Source of the DNA: Eledone cirrhosa | Lineage: Eukaryota | NCBI GenBank assembly: GCA_964016885.1 | Contig: OZ024743.1 | Coordinates: forward strand, 345,712,001-345,776,000 | Direction: 5' to 3' | DNA: 64,000 bases | In this document: in pieces, positions 44,901 to 60,253 of the stretch | How the letters are laid out: each line of letters begins with the position of its first letter | Numbering within the stretch: position 1 is the stretch's first letter | Translations under genes and position numbers: made by a program | The notes under the pieces: model-generated | Seen by the model: only the letters and a program-made list of their open reading frames with translations | Told to the model about the DNA's origin: nothing | The model's database searches: none

Positions 44901-45180
44901 ATATATATATATATATATTCTGACTTATAAATAATCTGATATATCATGTTGTCGGGTGAGGTGCTGGGGTACTATTAGTAGCGAGAACACATAAGGTTAG
45001 TGGTATTCTCGGTTATAGTTGAGTGTTCAGCCACCTACACCACTGCGACTACCCAGGGCTGTCGGTATGTTCTGAAAGTTTGAAGGGATTGGACAATCAA
45101 TGCAAAAACATACTCATTGTTTTAGTCAGCTCCGTTCCACCCAAACTTGCCTTGGAAATGTTACCTTTTAATCAACTTTT

Positions 45181-45231
45181 GTTGTCTGAAGAAATCACGA
45201 TATCTATCGCCATTGAAATATGTATAACGGC
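45181..45231 (+). ncRNA. Type I hammerhead ribozyme
   Basis: GTTGT-CTGAAGA-AATCACGATATCTATCGCCATT-GAAA-TATGTA-TA-ACGGC; stem I GUUGU/ACGGC, stem II AAT/ATT plus CGATA/TATCG. Confidence 0.65.
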
Positions 45232-46836
45232 TCAATTAATTAAGCACCCTAACATCTTCAACTTCACATTTCCCTCTTAATATTGGAAAATGCTTTTAAA
45301 CATAGGGAGTAATTCATGTAAGCAGGGCACACCAGGATTTGAAATCCGAATGCAAAATGAAGCCACAGCATAGATATATATTTAGCTTTTATTTTGCCCA
45401 TTTCCCTTTGAGCTTTAAATAGCAATAGGATCTCTTTTATCTTTTATCACTTTGAGGTGGAGGCGATAAAAGAAATACTAATTTCGTAAGGAGATTTTTA
45501 ACACTTATAAAATTGTGTCTTGTGCGAAATAGAGACACGCATTATGTAGTTGTGACTGAGAGGAGTGTAGAGTATTTATGTCTTGGTGATATTTAAATAA
45601 ATCTTTTTTCACTTTTGTGTTCAAATTTGACCGGAGAAGATATTTGGTTTCAAGCAATCAAAGAAAATAATTGAGTTTTGTTTCCTTGGGTTATCGGAGT
45701 TAGCTTCAGCCTTGTAAGCTTCTAGTTTGTTGAAAGACTTTGAATTTTTTTAATATACCTGGGTTTCTTTAATGTAACTACATGCACATAGTTAGAATCC
45801 ATATTGCAATGAACCCGATAGTATGTGGTTTAATGATTCAGATGTTGGTCTCATGATCATGAGGTGGTGTGTTCGGTCCTAAAACCGAAGGTGACTTGTG
45901 TCCTTGAGGAAAGCATTTCATTTCACGATGCTCGTTCACAATGCTTGTAATGAGTAACGGCAGCAGATAGGGTGTAGACCTGTGACAGCTGCGAGTGAGG
46001 GGGTGGGCATGATCATGTACACTTAGACTCTTAATACCGCAAGAAATCGGGATACCTTCCAGCCATCGTCCAACTTTCGTGTTCTTAAAATCCGCACAAG
46101 TAGAATTGATTGAAATTGAGTGGAAATGTTAGGAAGGAGTATTGTTTATTTGGAATAAGAGTGACACGTAATATAATTATAATTAAAAGACCGGTTTGTT
46201 AGATAACATTGATTGAATATCAGAGCAATTGTTTTATATCTACGTGTAGGTGAGTATATGTGTGTTTGTATGATAGTTTGTATGAGAAGTGTAACATTTG
46301 GGAGAGGGAAATCGAAGTAAATAGTACATGAGTAACGAATGATATTAAATTAGTTATGAAGATATTCGAAGTTATATTGTGACAGTGTGAGATAGAATAT
46401 ATGAACGAAGTGATACAAAATATGACAAGGAAAAAAAACCCAGTAATAGATAAATAATATGTGAGTGACTCAATATGTCCCGCATTGAAGCAGTGAGTGA
46501 ATTAACAAGAATCAGTGAGTGAAACTGGAATGAGGTAAACAAAGAGAAGAAATAGTATGATGAAAGAACGTTGACAATTCCGCAAGAGTATGTGTGGTGA
46601 GTAGAGAAGGACAGAGGGGGGGGGGATGAGATAGGAGGGAAGAGAGAGAGGAGGGAAAGGGAGAAAGAAAGAGAGTTGAAAGAGAGGTTGAAAAGAGAGA
46701 GAGAGCGGACGAGAGAAAAACACAGTTGAAAGAGAGTAGGAGAGAGAGAGAGAGAGAGGGGGGAAAGGGAGAAAGAAAGAGAGTTGAAAGAGAAGTTGAA
46801 AAGAGAGAGAGAGCGGACGAGAGAAAAACACAGTTG

Positions 46837-46867
<31 letters not shown>

Positions 46868-47391
46868 GAGAGAGAGGGAGAGGGGGGGGGGAGAAGGAGA
46901 GTGTGACAGGGGAATGATTTAGGAAGGAAAGTGGTTGATTAACCTCTGTCATGGATCTTACCTCAAAACCCACTTCCCTACTCCATTAAGGTCGGTAACA
47001 TTGACGTAGAAATGAACCTGAGAAAGGAACAAAAGAAAGACAGATAAATTAGACAGAGAAAGAGATAGAGAGAGAGAGGCATAGAAAGAGGGAGATAAAT
47101 AGAAAGGGGAGGAGGAGAGTGTAAGAAGAAAAGCAGTGAAAGAGATTTAAAGATAGACAATAGAAACATGACGTAGGCACTGAGAGATCATGTGACAAAG
47201 ATTGCCTGGTAGGGATGAGAGACGGGCGCGAAACCTGATGGATGGACACATGAGATAAGGAAGACTTCTCTATGATATATGTGTTCATTATTCGTTAAAG
47301 AATTGTTTCTTTTGTAGCAGGACGTGTAATTGTGACGAAGTGTCTACTATAGCAGACAATGTGTGCGCATGTGCATGCATGTTTTATTATA

Positions 47392-47445
<54 letters not shown>

Positions 47446-47588
47446 CGTTTAAATAATTGCGTTTGCATTGAACATTTTTCTAAGTGTATATAATATATAT
47501 AAAAGTAAGCATTTGTGTGTTTGTATGCATGCATACACACTCATATACAACCACACACACTCACATACATACACAGACACGAACCCAA

Positions 47589-47630
<42 letters not shown>

Positions 47631-47716
47631 AAACGTTCTATTTAAATTGTTGGGATACAACAAGCAAATATGTTTATAACTGATATAAAGCACTCAACAA
47701 ATAATTGGAGTAAAAA

Positions 47717-48015
47717 TACGATATTAACAAATGGAAACTATATTTATAAAACCATATTTATTTCATTATACATATTTCAAGGACACCAACTTAAATTATG
47801 GTGTGCTTTCATCAGATAAAATATAATATAGACTATACGAGAGCTTCCAACAGTAATGGTTGCATTCTTTAAGGGTATGTCAATATTTATTTATAAAACT
47901 GCACTATATTATATTTTATCTGATGAAAGCACACCCTAATTTAACTTGGTGTCCTTGAAGTATGTATAATGAAATAAATATGGTTTTATAAATATAGTTT
48001 CCATTTGTTAATATC

Positions 48016-48018
<3 letters not shown>
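47717..48018. repeat. Fold-back element with two hammerhead copies
   Basis: The ~115-bp arms TACGATATTAACAAATGGAAAC...TCAGATAAAATATAATATAG are mirrored; the element ends in (TA)n. Confidence 0.9.
47760..47822 (-). ncRNA. Type I hammerhead ribozyme (43367 family)
   Basis: Minus strand ATTTTAT-CTGATGA-AAGCACACCA..TGGTGTCCTT-GAAA-TATGTA-TA-ATGAAA. The inverted copy at 47913-47975 has GAAG. Confidence 0.78.
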
Positions 48019-48070
<52 letters not shown>

Positions 48071-48518
48071 AATAATGGAGCTGCGGCGTTGCAAATGGGA
48101 TACATATGAAAAAGTGAGTCCTTCATCAGTGACCCTCCAACCGTCCTGGGCATTTCATCGCTTTAAGGGCCATATGCCTCGGGTTGGTGCGTACAACGGC
48201 TAAAAAAAGTCGTTGGGACACGTAAATAAAGGGGGACGCCAGAGTAACAACAAAAAAGTTTTAGCAACGGAAAGTGAGTAGAAATAGACAAGTCCCAGAT
48301 CTCTATGAATATAAACTCTGTGAAATCGTGAACAAGAGACAAAAGACCATCAAACCTGGTTGAAATGTGAGCAAGGAAAGAATGTTTGCTTATATGTATG
48401 TCTGTATGCCTGCGAGAGTGTATGTGTATGCGTGTGTGCGTGTATGTGTGTGCGTGTGACTGTGTTGTTAGCGTGCAGGCATCCATACTTATTCATAACA
48501 ATTACTGTGTGTGTGCGT

Positions 48519-48638
<120 letters not shown>

Positions 48639-49586
48639 ATGTGTCTGCACTTTAAAGAAGGAGCTATTACAATTAAAAATAACATATGTTATAATACATA
48701 GAAGTGGGCATTATCAATTGATAGGCAAAACAATTCTAACACTCAATCAAACGATGAAAGTGCAGCGAGAAACTGTTAGGGAACTGTACACCAGGAAAAT
48801 CGCCCTGAGTAAATTTGCTGAATGTGAATTTTGTCAACTTCAACCGTTTTCTTGTCCTATCAATGTACCGATTCGATAACTGAGAAATATGTTTTATGAA
48901 TAAATATAAACTAAAATTAAACTCGAAGTACGTTAACTGATATACGACAAAGATATACGAATATGAACAGGAGTTCATATTGAATCCAGAATTGCGTCCC
49001 TTGGCACGACAACGGAAGCGGCAGCAAAGGTATAGACACTTGCTGACCTCGTCTCAGAATCGATGAAAGTCACTCATAACGTATGCATTAAAAATATTCG
49101 ACACCATCATTAATGGTAACGATACCTATGAAAATATGTAGGATAAGTTTAACTTTGAAAATATAACTTTGAAAAGCTACGCATATCCGTTGAAATCAAT
49201 AAAATAAATATGCATGATTTTCAAAGTTATATTTTCAAGGTTAAACATGTGCTGGTGTTGTGTAATTTTGATATAAGCACAAACGGACCAAGGAGCACAT
49301 GACGACGACAGCTAATGCTGTTAAAAGATGTATTGAAAGATGCCCCAGCTACTATATTGAGGTAACCTTGATGGTGGCAGAAAGGAATATAGTCAATTTA
49401 AAAATCAACGAGGCCATTACGAACAACCTGGAAATACCACGAAGTAATAGATTGGAAATGCATCAGGCAGATCAATTGCTATAGTGATTAATATATTCTA
49501 GCTTGTCTCTCAGATCCAGATAGCTTACTTTTCTTACTTTGAACTTAAATGCACGCATTACAGAAAAAAAAAAGAATTACACAATG

Positions 49587-49635
<49 letters not shown>

Positions 49636-50281
49636 CAGTGAGATCGTATTTCGTCGGGGGCCAAAAACAAAACGAAACGCAATCTTCGAGATATGTGGCA
49701 AGCGCTTAATGGACTAAAAGAAGACGAGAGCAATAAACATACGTTATAAAGGACCAGATAAAATGAAAACAGTTGTCCTGAAACCATCAGCCACCGGAGC
49801 CAAAAAAAAAAACGAAGCAAGCTAAACAGGTTATGTATATTGTTATACTTTCGAAGGGTCAAGCTGCTAATAAAAACACAAGCACCTGTTAGTTTTCATT
49901 TGAATTTGTCATAAATAACCGGTTGGTTGGCTGGTTCGATAACTGGAAGGTTGTTTATATATATTGTCAAAGATCTTTCATTACATATTCTGTGACCTCC
50001 TCAGTGACTAAGTTTATATTTTGTGTCTCTTCTTTGTTCTGTCCTACACCATCCTGTTTTTGCGTGTTGCGGGTGTAATGCATGCGCAAACTAAGCACAT
50101 ATATAAACAGCCTTCTGGTTATCAAACCAACCAACCAGCCAGTCGGAAATTTATAATAAATTGAAGTGAAAATGAACAGGTGCGTGTGTTTTTATTGGCA
50201 GCATGACCCTCCCAAAGAATAACAATATCTGTTTCATCACACGTCTTCAGATAAGAAATATTGCAATACAAATTTAAAAAC

Positions 50282-50351
<70 letters not shown>

Positions 50352-50615
50352 AATGGAAAATATCACTATAGCATCATATTTATTTTATTATACGTATTTC
50401 AAGGATACCAAATTATGGTATGTACCTATACCAACTAAACAGATGAAAGCATAATTTGGTATCCTTGTAATACGTATAATAAAATAAATATGATGCTATA
50501 GTGATATTTTCCATTTATTACTATTAATGATATTATAATACTCCAGATGAAATCACTGTAGAGTGCTTCATATCTGTTATGAACATATGAATATTCATCA
50601 ACAAAGCATATAACT

Positions 50616-50686
<71 letters not shown>

Positions 50687-50775
50687 ATAACATACATGTA
50701 TGTGTGTCGATAATAAGAGAGAGAAATAGACATATAGATAGATAGATAGACAGAGAAACAGGCAGACAGGCAGAC

Positions 50776-50830
<55 letters not shown>

Positions 50831-50889
50831 TAGATCGATAGATAGATAGATAGATATATAGATAAATAGATAGATATATAGATATATAG

Positions 50890-50921
<32 letters not shown>

Positions 50922-52625
50922 ATAGATAGATAGATAGAGAAACGTATTCCACTCGAAAAAAGAGGAGGTAAGAAGTTTACACAGAGAAACATTATACTTC
51001 CATCCTATTCTCCAACTCCTCGATACTGTTACATACATTTCATCATTGCTTACTGTTCAGATGTTAACGTGGAAATGATGATGAGGATGATGATGATGAT
51101 GATGATGAGGAGGAGGAGGAGGCTTAGTGGTGGTGGTTGTTTTAGTATTGGTTTTTGCTTTTCTGATGGAGCTTGTGGTGATGGTGATGATCAGGATATG
51201 ATGATTTCGTTGCTGATGATGAGGAAGTGAGTGTGATGATGTTAACGATGATGAAGATGAAGATGATAATGATAAATAATGTGGATGATGTTGATTACTA
51301 AATGTATTGCAGATTATTTTGATGATGATACCTTAGATGATGTTGATGATTAAAATACTGTAGTTGGTGATGACGAAGGTGATGATGCTGATGATAAAGT
51401 TGTTATTTTAGTTGTTGCTGTTTGTGGTATTGGATGTTTCGCTGGTATCTGTGATTGGGTGGCTGTGATGGTGGTGGTGATATTGGTGTCGCTGTTTGTG
51501 GTGGTGGTGTTGCTGGTTTCCGTGCTGATGGTATTTGCTGTGATGGTGATGGTGGTGCTATTTTAGTGGTATTGCTGATATTGTTGTTGGTGCTAGTTTT
51601 GACCGCTCATGATTATGATGGCGGTGAATATTCTCTTAGGTGGCAATAGATAATTGCTTGTTATCGAAGTGAAATATGAGCTTCCGTCTGCCGCTATACC
51701 TTCCTCTCCACTAGCACTATAACCCCATATCAACCCTTATCACGGCACATTTATATGATCAGATATTGCTATCATTCAGCCTGGTAGGGATGTGTATCGT
51801 GGCGGTGCTCTCGATGGTGGTTGTAATTCAGGTGACGTTGATGGTGGTAGTATTGATGATCATAGTCATGGATATGATTTGAGGAGGATTCCTGCTATTA
51901 TTTTGGTGTTCATATATGATAACCATTATAGCCTGGAACCTAGTTTACATTACGATTTCTAATCTCGCTGAAGTCAACTATACCTTTCTTTCAACCGACG
52001 TCCATCAATTAAGTATTGCTTATTTACTGGGTTTAATTTAATCGACTAGTTTCTTTACACAAATATTTTGTATGTAGAATCATTGCTGTTTTTAGTGATT
52101 TTGAATTGGTGTGTTTGTGTGCCTTGGGTGGTGCTGTTATTATGGAGGGGTTTTTTTTTGGCGGTGAATCGGCGGAATCTTTTCAGAGTCAATTCCATTC
52201 ATCCTAGTTCAAATCCCACCGATGTCAAATTTATTTTTCATCCTTCCGTGATCAATATAATAAAATATTCCCTTCTTCTACGTCTGAGAACATGCGCTGG
52301 TCTGAGAAATCCTCATTAAAGTTGGTAATTGTTATAACTACGAGTGTTATTTTGACCTTTTTTGTTTAATGGCGTGTCGTTAAAATATTGCTATTGCAGA
52401 CAATTCTTACCTTGTTTTGCTTTAGAAATACACGCGACAGGTTTTAGTTAAAGTTATATTTATATTATTACTGTGGTTAATTTGTTGTTATGTTACAGTT
52501 TCTGGTGTTAATAAGACAGTAATTATAGTTATAACTGCTATGGCGTTATTATCATTGATACTACTATTTTTATTACAGTTGCTTAACCATAGGTGAGTCT
52601 TGATCAAATGCTTTCTGCTTGTGAG

Positions 52626-52730
<105 letters not shown>

Positions 52731-52864
52731 TTTTTTTTTCTTTTCAAAATATTTACTTCTGCGTTCACAGATTGATTTTTTTAGTTTCAGAAGATCCCGT
52801 TAAGGGTGAAAGCAGCGATTCTTTGCTTAAAGTTTAATCTGTTATTTTAATAAATATATATATA

Positions 52865-53545
52865 TATATATATGAATGTATATATAGTGTATTTTGCAAT
52901 ACACTGTATGCTTAATTAAAAGCATTTAGAAGACCTTACGCTATTGTTGTAGAGTAGTGGCAGTCTCATGATTTTCAGCAAACAGGTGGAGTACTTGGCT
53001 TTGATAAGTTCCAATCAGTACGAAACAGAGCTCTGTCAGCTTTATCTCCCCTGTTTGCTGAAAATTTAAAGTAAGTGAGACTGTCACTACTCTAAAACAA
53101 TAGCGTAAGGTCTTCGAAATGCTTTTAATTAAGCATACAGTGTATTGCAAAATACATTATATATACATTCATATATATATCGCTATTTCAGAGCACCAAT
53201 TCTAATTTTCAATTTCTGCCTGACCGGCAACTGCTCTGTATAATCAGTTCCTGATTATTACTAGAATTCTATAAGAATCAAACATTCATGATTTTCAGCA
53301 AACAGGCGGAGTACTTGGCTTTGATAAGTACCAATCAGTCCGAGACAGAGCTCTGTCAGCTTTATCTCCCCTGTTTGCTGAAAATTTAGAGTAAGTGAGA
53401 CTGTTACTACTCTAAAACAATAACGTAAGGTCTTCGAAATTCTTTTAATTAAGCATACAGTGCATTGCAAAATACACTATATATACATTCATATATATAT
53501 ATCGCTATTTCAGAGCATCAGAGCACCAATTCTAATTTTCAATAT
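52865..53545 (+). mobile_element. Retrozyme/pLTR-like unit: inverted partial copy plus two direct repeats 320 bp apart, each with a hammerhead
   Basis: 52966-53213 repeats at 53286-53545; 52865-52968 is the reverse complement of ~53076-53180; (TA)n lies on the left and a short TA run on the right. Confidence 0.75.
52971..53065 (+). ncRNA. Type I hammerhead, U3-A8 variant with extended stem I
   Basis: ATTTTCAGCAAACAGG.GGAG..GGCT-TTGATAA-GTTC-CAATCA-GTAC-GAAA-CAGAGCTCTG-TC-AGCT..CTCCCCTGTTTGCTGAAAAT. A second copy lies at 53291-53385 (GAGA in place of GAAA). Confidence 0.78.
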
Positions 53546-53749
53546 ATATATAGTAAATGAGTGAAGAATAACATTGGAACGGCTGTACAATAGGGTTTAT
53601 TCAAAGTATTATCTATTGTTTCATTAGTCCGGTGTGTCTAAAATACGCTGTTCGTAAGATGCTACGTCACTCGATTTTAATTACAGTTGAATCAGTTTTT
53701 AAAGATTTTAGGGTGCAGTTTTGGTACTATTTGTTGGGTACTATTTGCT

Positions 53750-55740
<1,991 letters not shown>

Positions 55741-55789
55741 AATTTATTGGTCTGTTATTGACGTTGTATTATTGACCGTTGGCCTAATA

Positions 55790-56240
55790 AATAATTTTTT
55801 CTACTATTGGCCAGAAATTAACCATTACATTACTGGTACTTTATTTTATCGACCCCGTAAGGATGAAAGGCAAACTTAACCTTGGTGGGATTTGAACTCA
55901 GAATGGCAAGGGCCGTAACTCTATGCGTCAAAGCATGGCGTCCGATCCTCTACCAATACTGCCAATCAATGCTAGTTTACCATTTTTATTATTTACCAGA
56001 AATGTACTCTGTAATTGCTGGCCTTGTGCCAAAAGTTGAAACAATTATTAATATTGGGAGTATCGGTAGAGGGTTGGACGCCATGCTTTGACGCATTGAG
56101 TTACGGCCCTTGCCATTCTGAGTTCAAATCCCGCCGAGGTTAACTTTGCCTTTCATCCTTACGGGGTCGATAAAATAAAGTACCAGTAATACACTGGGGT
56201 AATAGCTGGCCTTGTGCCAAAAGTAGAAACAATTATTAAT
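55790..56240. mobile_element. Two copies of the same SINE in divergent orientation plus a tail fragment
   Basis: Minus copy at ~55790-55970, tail fragment at ~56010-56052, plus copy at ~56054-56240. Confidence 0.85.
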
Positions 56241-56769
56241 ATTAACCACGAATGGATTGGCTGATTTATCAGCGCGTCATACTAACGTTCTTACGGTATT
56301 AGTTTCATTTCTTTATATATTGAGATTGGCTTTAAATTTCAATCTTACAGGGTTGGCAACATAAAATATTGGTGGTGATAAAATCGACTGAAATATCTCA
56401 TCTTGCGCCGAAATATCTCATCTTGTGAAATATCTCATCTGGCGAAATATCTCATCTTGCGCCTATATTATAAACGACTATTAATAGTAGTTGAGGTTAT
56501 ATAGTAGGAGCTGTGGGATAGCAAATGTGCTTGTGCGCCGAACTAAAAGCACATAATTCCATTCTACTGTATTTCGTTCTTAGTTCAACTCATATTAAGG
56601 CCAGTTTTATCAGTTAATAATGAAATAAAATTTTACAGGATAATGTGCAATCATATTTTATTGTTTAGCTCCTGGCAAGTCATAATCATCAGACCAACAA
56701 TCATATTTATATATATTATATATATATATGTATATATGATTGAAGAATTATTGAATAGGAAAAAAATAT

Positions 56770-56956
56770 TTAAATTTTGAAAACCAAAACAATCCGTTAT
56801 GAAGAATGTTAAATTGCCAAGATAACAAAATCGATCGATTTTTAAATCTCTCATAGGGTTACTCCCTTCATAATGTTTTTTTCTGGGTAAGATTCTTTTG
56901 TCATCTTGGCAATTTAACGGTCTTCATAACGCATTGTTTTGATTTTCAAAATTCAT
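56770..56956. repeat. Imperfect inverted repeat beside (TA)n
   Basis: AATTTTGAAAACCAAAACAATCCGTTATGAAGA..TTAAATTGCCAAGATAACAAAA is mirrored at 56896-56954. Confidence 0.8.
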
Positions 56957-56963
56957 ATTTGTG

Positions 56964-57043
<80 letters not shown>

Positions 57044-57122
57044 TAAAATAACAGATTAAAGTTTAAGCAAAGAATCGCTGCTTTCACACTTAACGGATAT
57101 TAGTCTTCAAATTTATTATTAT

Positions 57123-57163
<41 letters not shown>

Positions 57164-57480
57164 CAAAATTTAGTACATCATCAACGAAGCCATGGTTGCA
57201 GCCAAGCTAACGAATGCAGTTTCTGTGTGCAGCTAAGCACTCGATAGGGTATATAAACCTAGAGTTATAATATTACGTTTAGACAGCTTTGCAAAATGAG
57301 GACACAGACCGATAAAAGGGCCGCAGTGACCATAGCCACGAAAAAGACTGAACTCAGTAAAAATTTGATATATATATATATATATATAGGTGTACAAGTA
57401 ATCGGTTTCTGTTACTCGAATTTACCCGATATTTCCCAATACAATATGAGGATTAGCACTTTCTAGATGTAATGATGTAA

Positions 57481-58678
57481 TCTATATATATAAAACTGAG
57501 GTTGTCTGTCTGTCTATCGATTTTTGGCACACATCTCCTCTTAGAATCTCTCACGGAATTGCACCGAAATTGCTATACTTGTACATTGAGCCCTAGCGAA
57601 GACATCGGAAAAAAAATATTTCAAATTGACCCGCCCTATCTGACGAAATCGAATATAATGTATCGATTTATGAGTGTAAGTGATGAGTTATTTCCCTTTG
57701 TTCTGTCTACTTTCAGCGTAGCGTCTTACGTTCTCTTTACATTTTCTGCGTGCAAAAATTAAAAAAATGATTTCCCTTTGTTCTGTTTACATTCAGCGTA
57801 GCGTCTTACGTTCTGTTTACATTTTCTGCGTGCAAAAATTAAAAAAATTACGCTGGCAAAAATTAAAAAAATTACGCTGGCTTTCTCAGCGTTTAAAATG
57901 ACATTAACACAATACACGATCAGTTGTCGAGCCAGCAAAATTTTGACCTGCAAAATTCATCAGTTCGAACACTAAGCTTCCGTTTTGCTTCATTTCCATT
58001 TAAAAGCCTTTTAAAACAATATTTTTACTTGAAAACAAGTCTATTTAAAGACTACGTAAAACAAGCAAATATTTCGTAAAAAAAAGCAAAAATTATATAA
58101 GTTTATTTAAAATATATGTATCTGTAAATTTCGTTAGGCGTGCAGACAGACAGTCGTGCAGAGAGGTGATATAGGCGTGCAGACAGACAGTCGTGCAGAG
58201 AGGTGATATAGGCGTGCAGACAGACAGTCGTGCAGAGAGGTGATATAGGCGTGCAGACAGACAGTCGTGCAGAGAGTTGATATAGGCGTGCAGACAGACA
58301 GTCGTGCAGAGAGGTGATATAGGCGTGCAGACAGACAGTCGTTCAGAGAGGTGATATAGGCGTGCAGACAGACATAACTGATAATTTGGTTACGCTAATG
58401 TTTTTCTCTGCGTTGCAGTGTTTACATTTTCGATCTTTGTTAATAAATAACCAGTGCAGTTTTTATCCCCAGCATCCTCTTTTGTTATAACATTCGGGTT
58501 ATCGTTATGTTTTCTTAAATTCATAAGGCATATTGTTGGTTGAGGGAATATTAATCAAAAACACCACATGCAAGTCTGCACAGTAGACACTACAGTTTTT
58601 AAGCCAAAAAAGAACTTAACATTGTAACTTTAACACAGCCTCTGAGCGACCCCGAGCAACGCCGGGCTTTACTGCTAG
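57481..58678 (+). mobile_element. Non-autonomous Helitron
   Basis: Inserted between A and T. Starts TCTATATATATAAAA and ends with the hairpin CCCGAGCAACGCCGGG followed by CTAG; carries internal tandem repeats. Confidence 0.8.
58135..58373 (+). repeat. 37-bp minisatellite, ~6.4 copies, inside the Helitron
   Basis: Unit TAGGCGTGCAGACAGACAGTCGTGCAGAGAGGTGATA, head to tail with no spacers. Confidence 0.95.
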
Positions 58679-58857
58679 TACCTTAATATATTAATGAATC
58701 ATATGTAAATGCTTATCTTCTTGTACAGTGAACGGTGTATTCGCGTAACTTATTGTCTAATCATACACACACACACACACACACAGACAGCCAGATAGAC
58801 ACACACACACAGACAGCCAGATAGACACACACACACACACACACAGACAGCCAGATA

Positions 58858-58908
<51 letters not shown>

Positions 58909-59071
58909 GAAAAGATTCATGACCTCGACGGCTGAGCTCGGCCGTTTCGACGGCTAGATCCGAACTCACTCTACTACGTACTCTGGGACGTTACGGTCCA
59001 CTTGGTATCTTAGTTATATATATATACAATGAAATTAAGTAAATGGAAACTATACTTATAAAACCATATTT

Positions 59072-59129
59072 ATTCTATTATATATATTTCAAGGGTACCA
59101 AACTTTGGTACGCACTCATCAGATAAAAT
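59072..59129 (-). ncRNA. Type I hammerhead ribozyme (43367 family, diverged)
   Basis: Minus strand ATTTTAT-CTGATGA-GTGCGTACCAAAGTTTGGTACCCTT-GAAA-TATATA-TA-ATAGAAT. Confidence 0.75.
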
Positions 59130-60181
59130 ACAAAGTTTGTTTTATAAATATTCACATATCCAGGAAGAAGATCTTAACGGTTCAAGTTTTTCCTGGATAG
59201 TAAAGGAAAGAAGGGAAAGAGAAGAAAAGTCAAATATTTCAAATTATTAAGATGAGTATGCAAATGAGGTTGAGGTATAGGGCTGAAAAAAAACGTTATT
59301 TTTAGACTCGAGGTTGATTTAAATAATTATTAGGATATATGTATGCGTAGGAACAAGAAAGAGAAAGAAAGAAGAGCTTGTATATACGTGAATTTAAAAA
59401 GAATTAACAGTTTGTAGGAATGGTGGAATATGATTCCAGCATTAAAAACAATTATTTAGCTATATTACGAGTTATCATATTGTATATATAATCAATTAGA
59501 TTATATGAAGAATTATGGTTGTAAGTACATTTTATCTTTTTACATTACAACAGGTTGTACGTATATAAATATCTATATAGATTAATAATTGCGTAAATAT
59601 AAGTATTATTGGTGATTTCATAGAATTAAACCACAATTATTAATTGTTTATATTTCTCATATCAGTTACGAAGGATGTTGATTTTACATTTTACATTAAA
59701 AAATTTAAGAAAAAGACGTAGTTCAAGTTGTAAGAGGAGAACAATTTGTAGATTCAAATATTTTGTTTCAACATTGAAAATATTTTCAGAATATTGTTAA
59801 TTTAGCGAAGTTATATAGTTTATCATACAAGTTAACATGTGTATATTTGCTCAATTGTAAAGGAAAAGATAACTCCAATCTTATTTGCTAATCATTAAAT
59901 TTGATGAATGATTTACTCAGAAAGTATGTAGAGAAAATTATATATTATTTAGTGTGAGATTATTTTTTTCAAGGATGAGAATTTCAATTACATCTTATTT
60001 ACGTCGAAAGATGTGTTAATAGTGTGAAGATTAAAGAGAGGAAAAAAGTATTATGTATTTCGAAGAACTATCGTAAAGAGGATATCTTTCAGAATGTCAA
60101 TTAAAGATTATCAATCTACATCTAAAAAATAGATTAAGAAGAGTATTTGTTGAATTACCAACAAATTAAATAGCCCTTTTG

Positions 60182-60253
<72 letters not shown>

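Noticed and set aside
49147-49247. Short inverted repeat GTTTAACTTTGAAAATATAACTTTGAAAA / TTTTCAAAGTTATATTTTCAAGGTTAAAC
   Set aside because: Real, but with no TSD, ribozyme motif or second copy to classify it.
58135-58373. 37-bp repeats resembling a CRISPR array
   Set aside because: Units are head to tail with no unique spacers, in a eukaryotic context with no cas genes.
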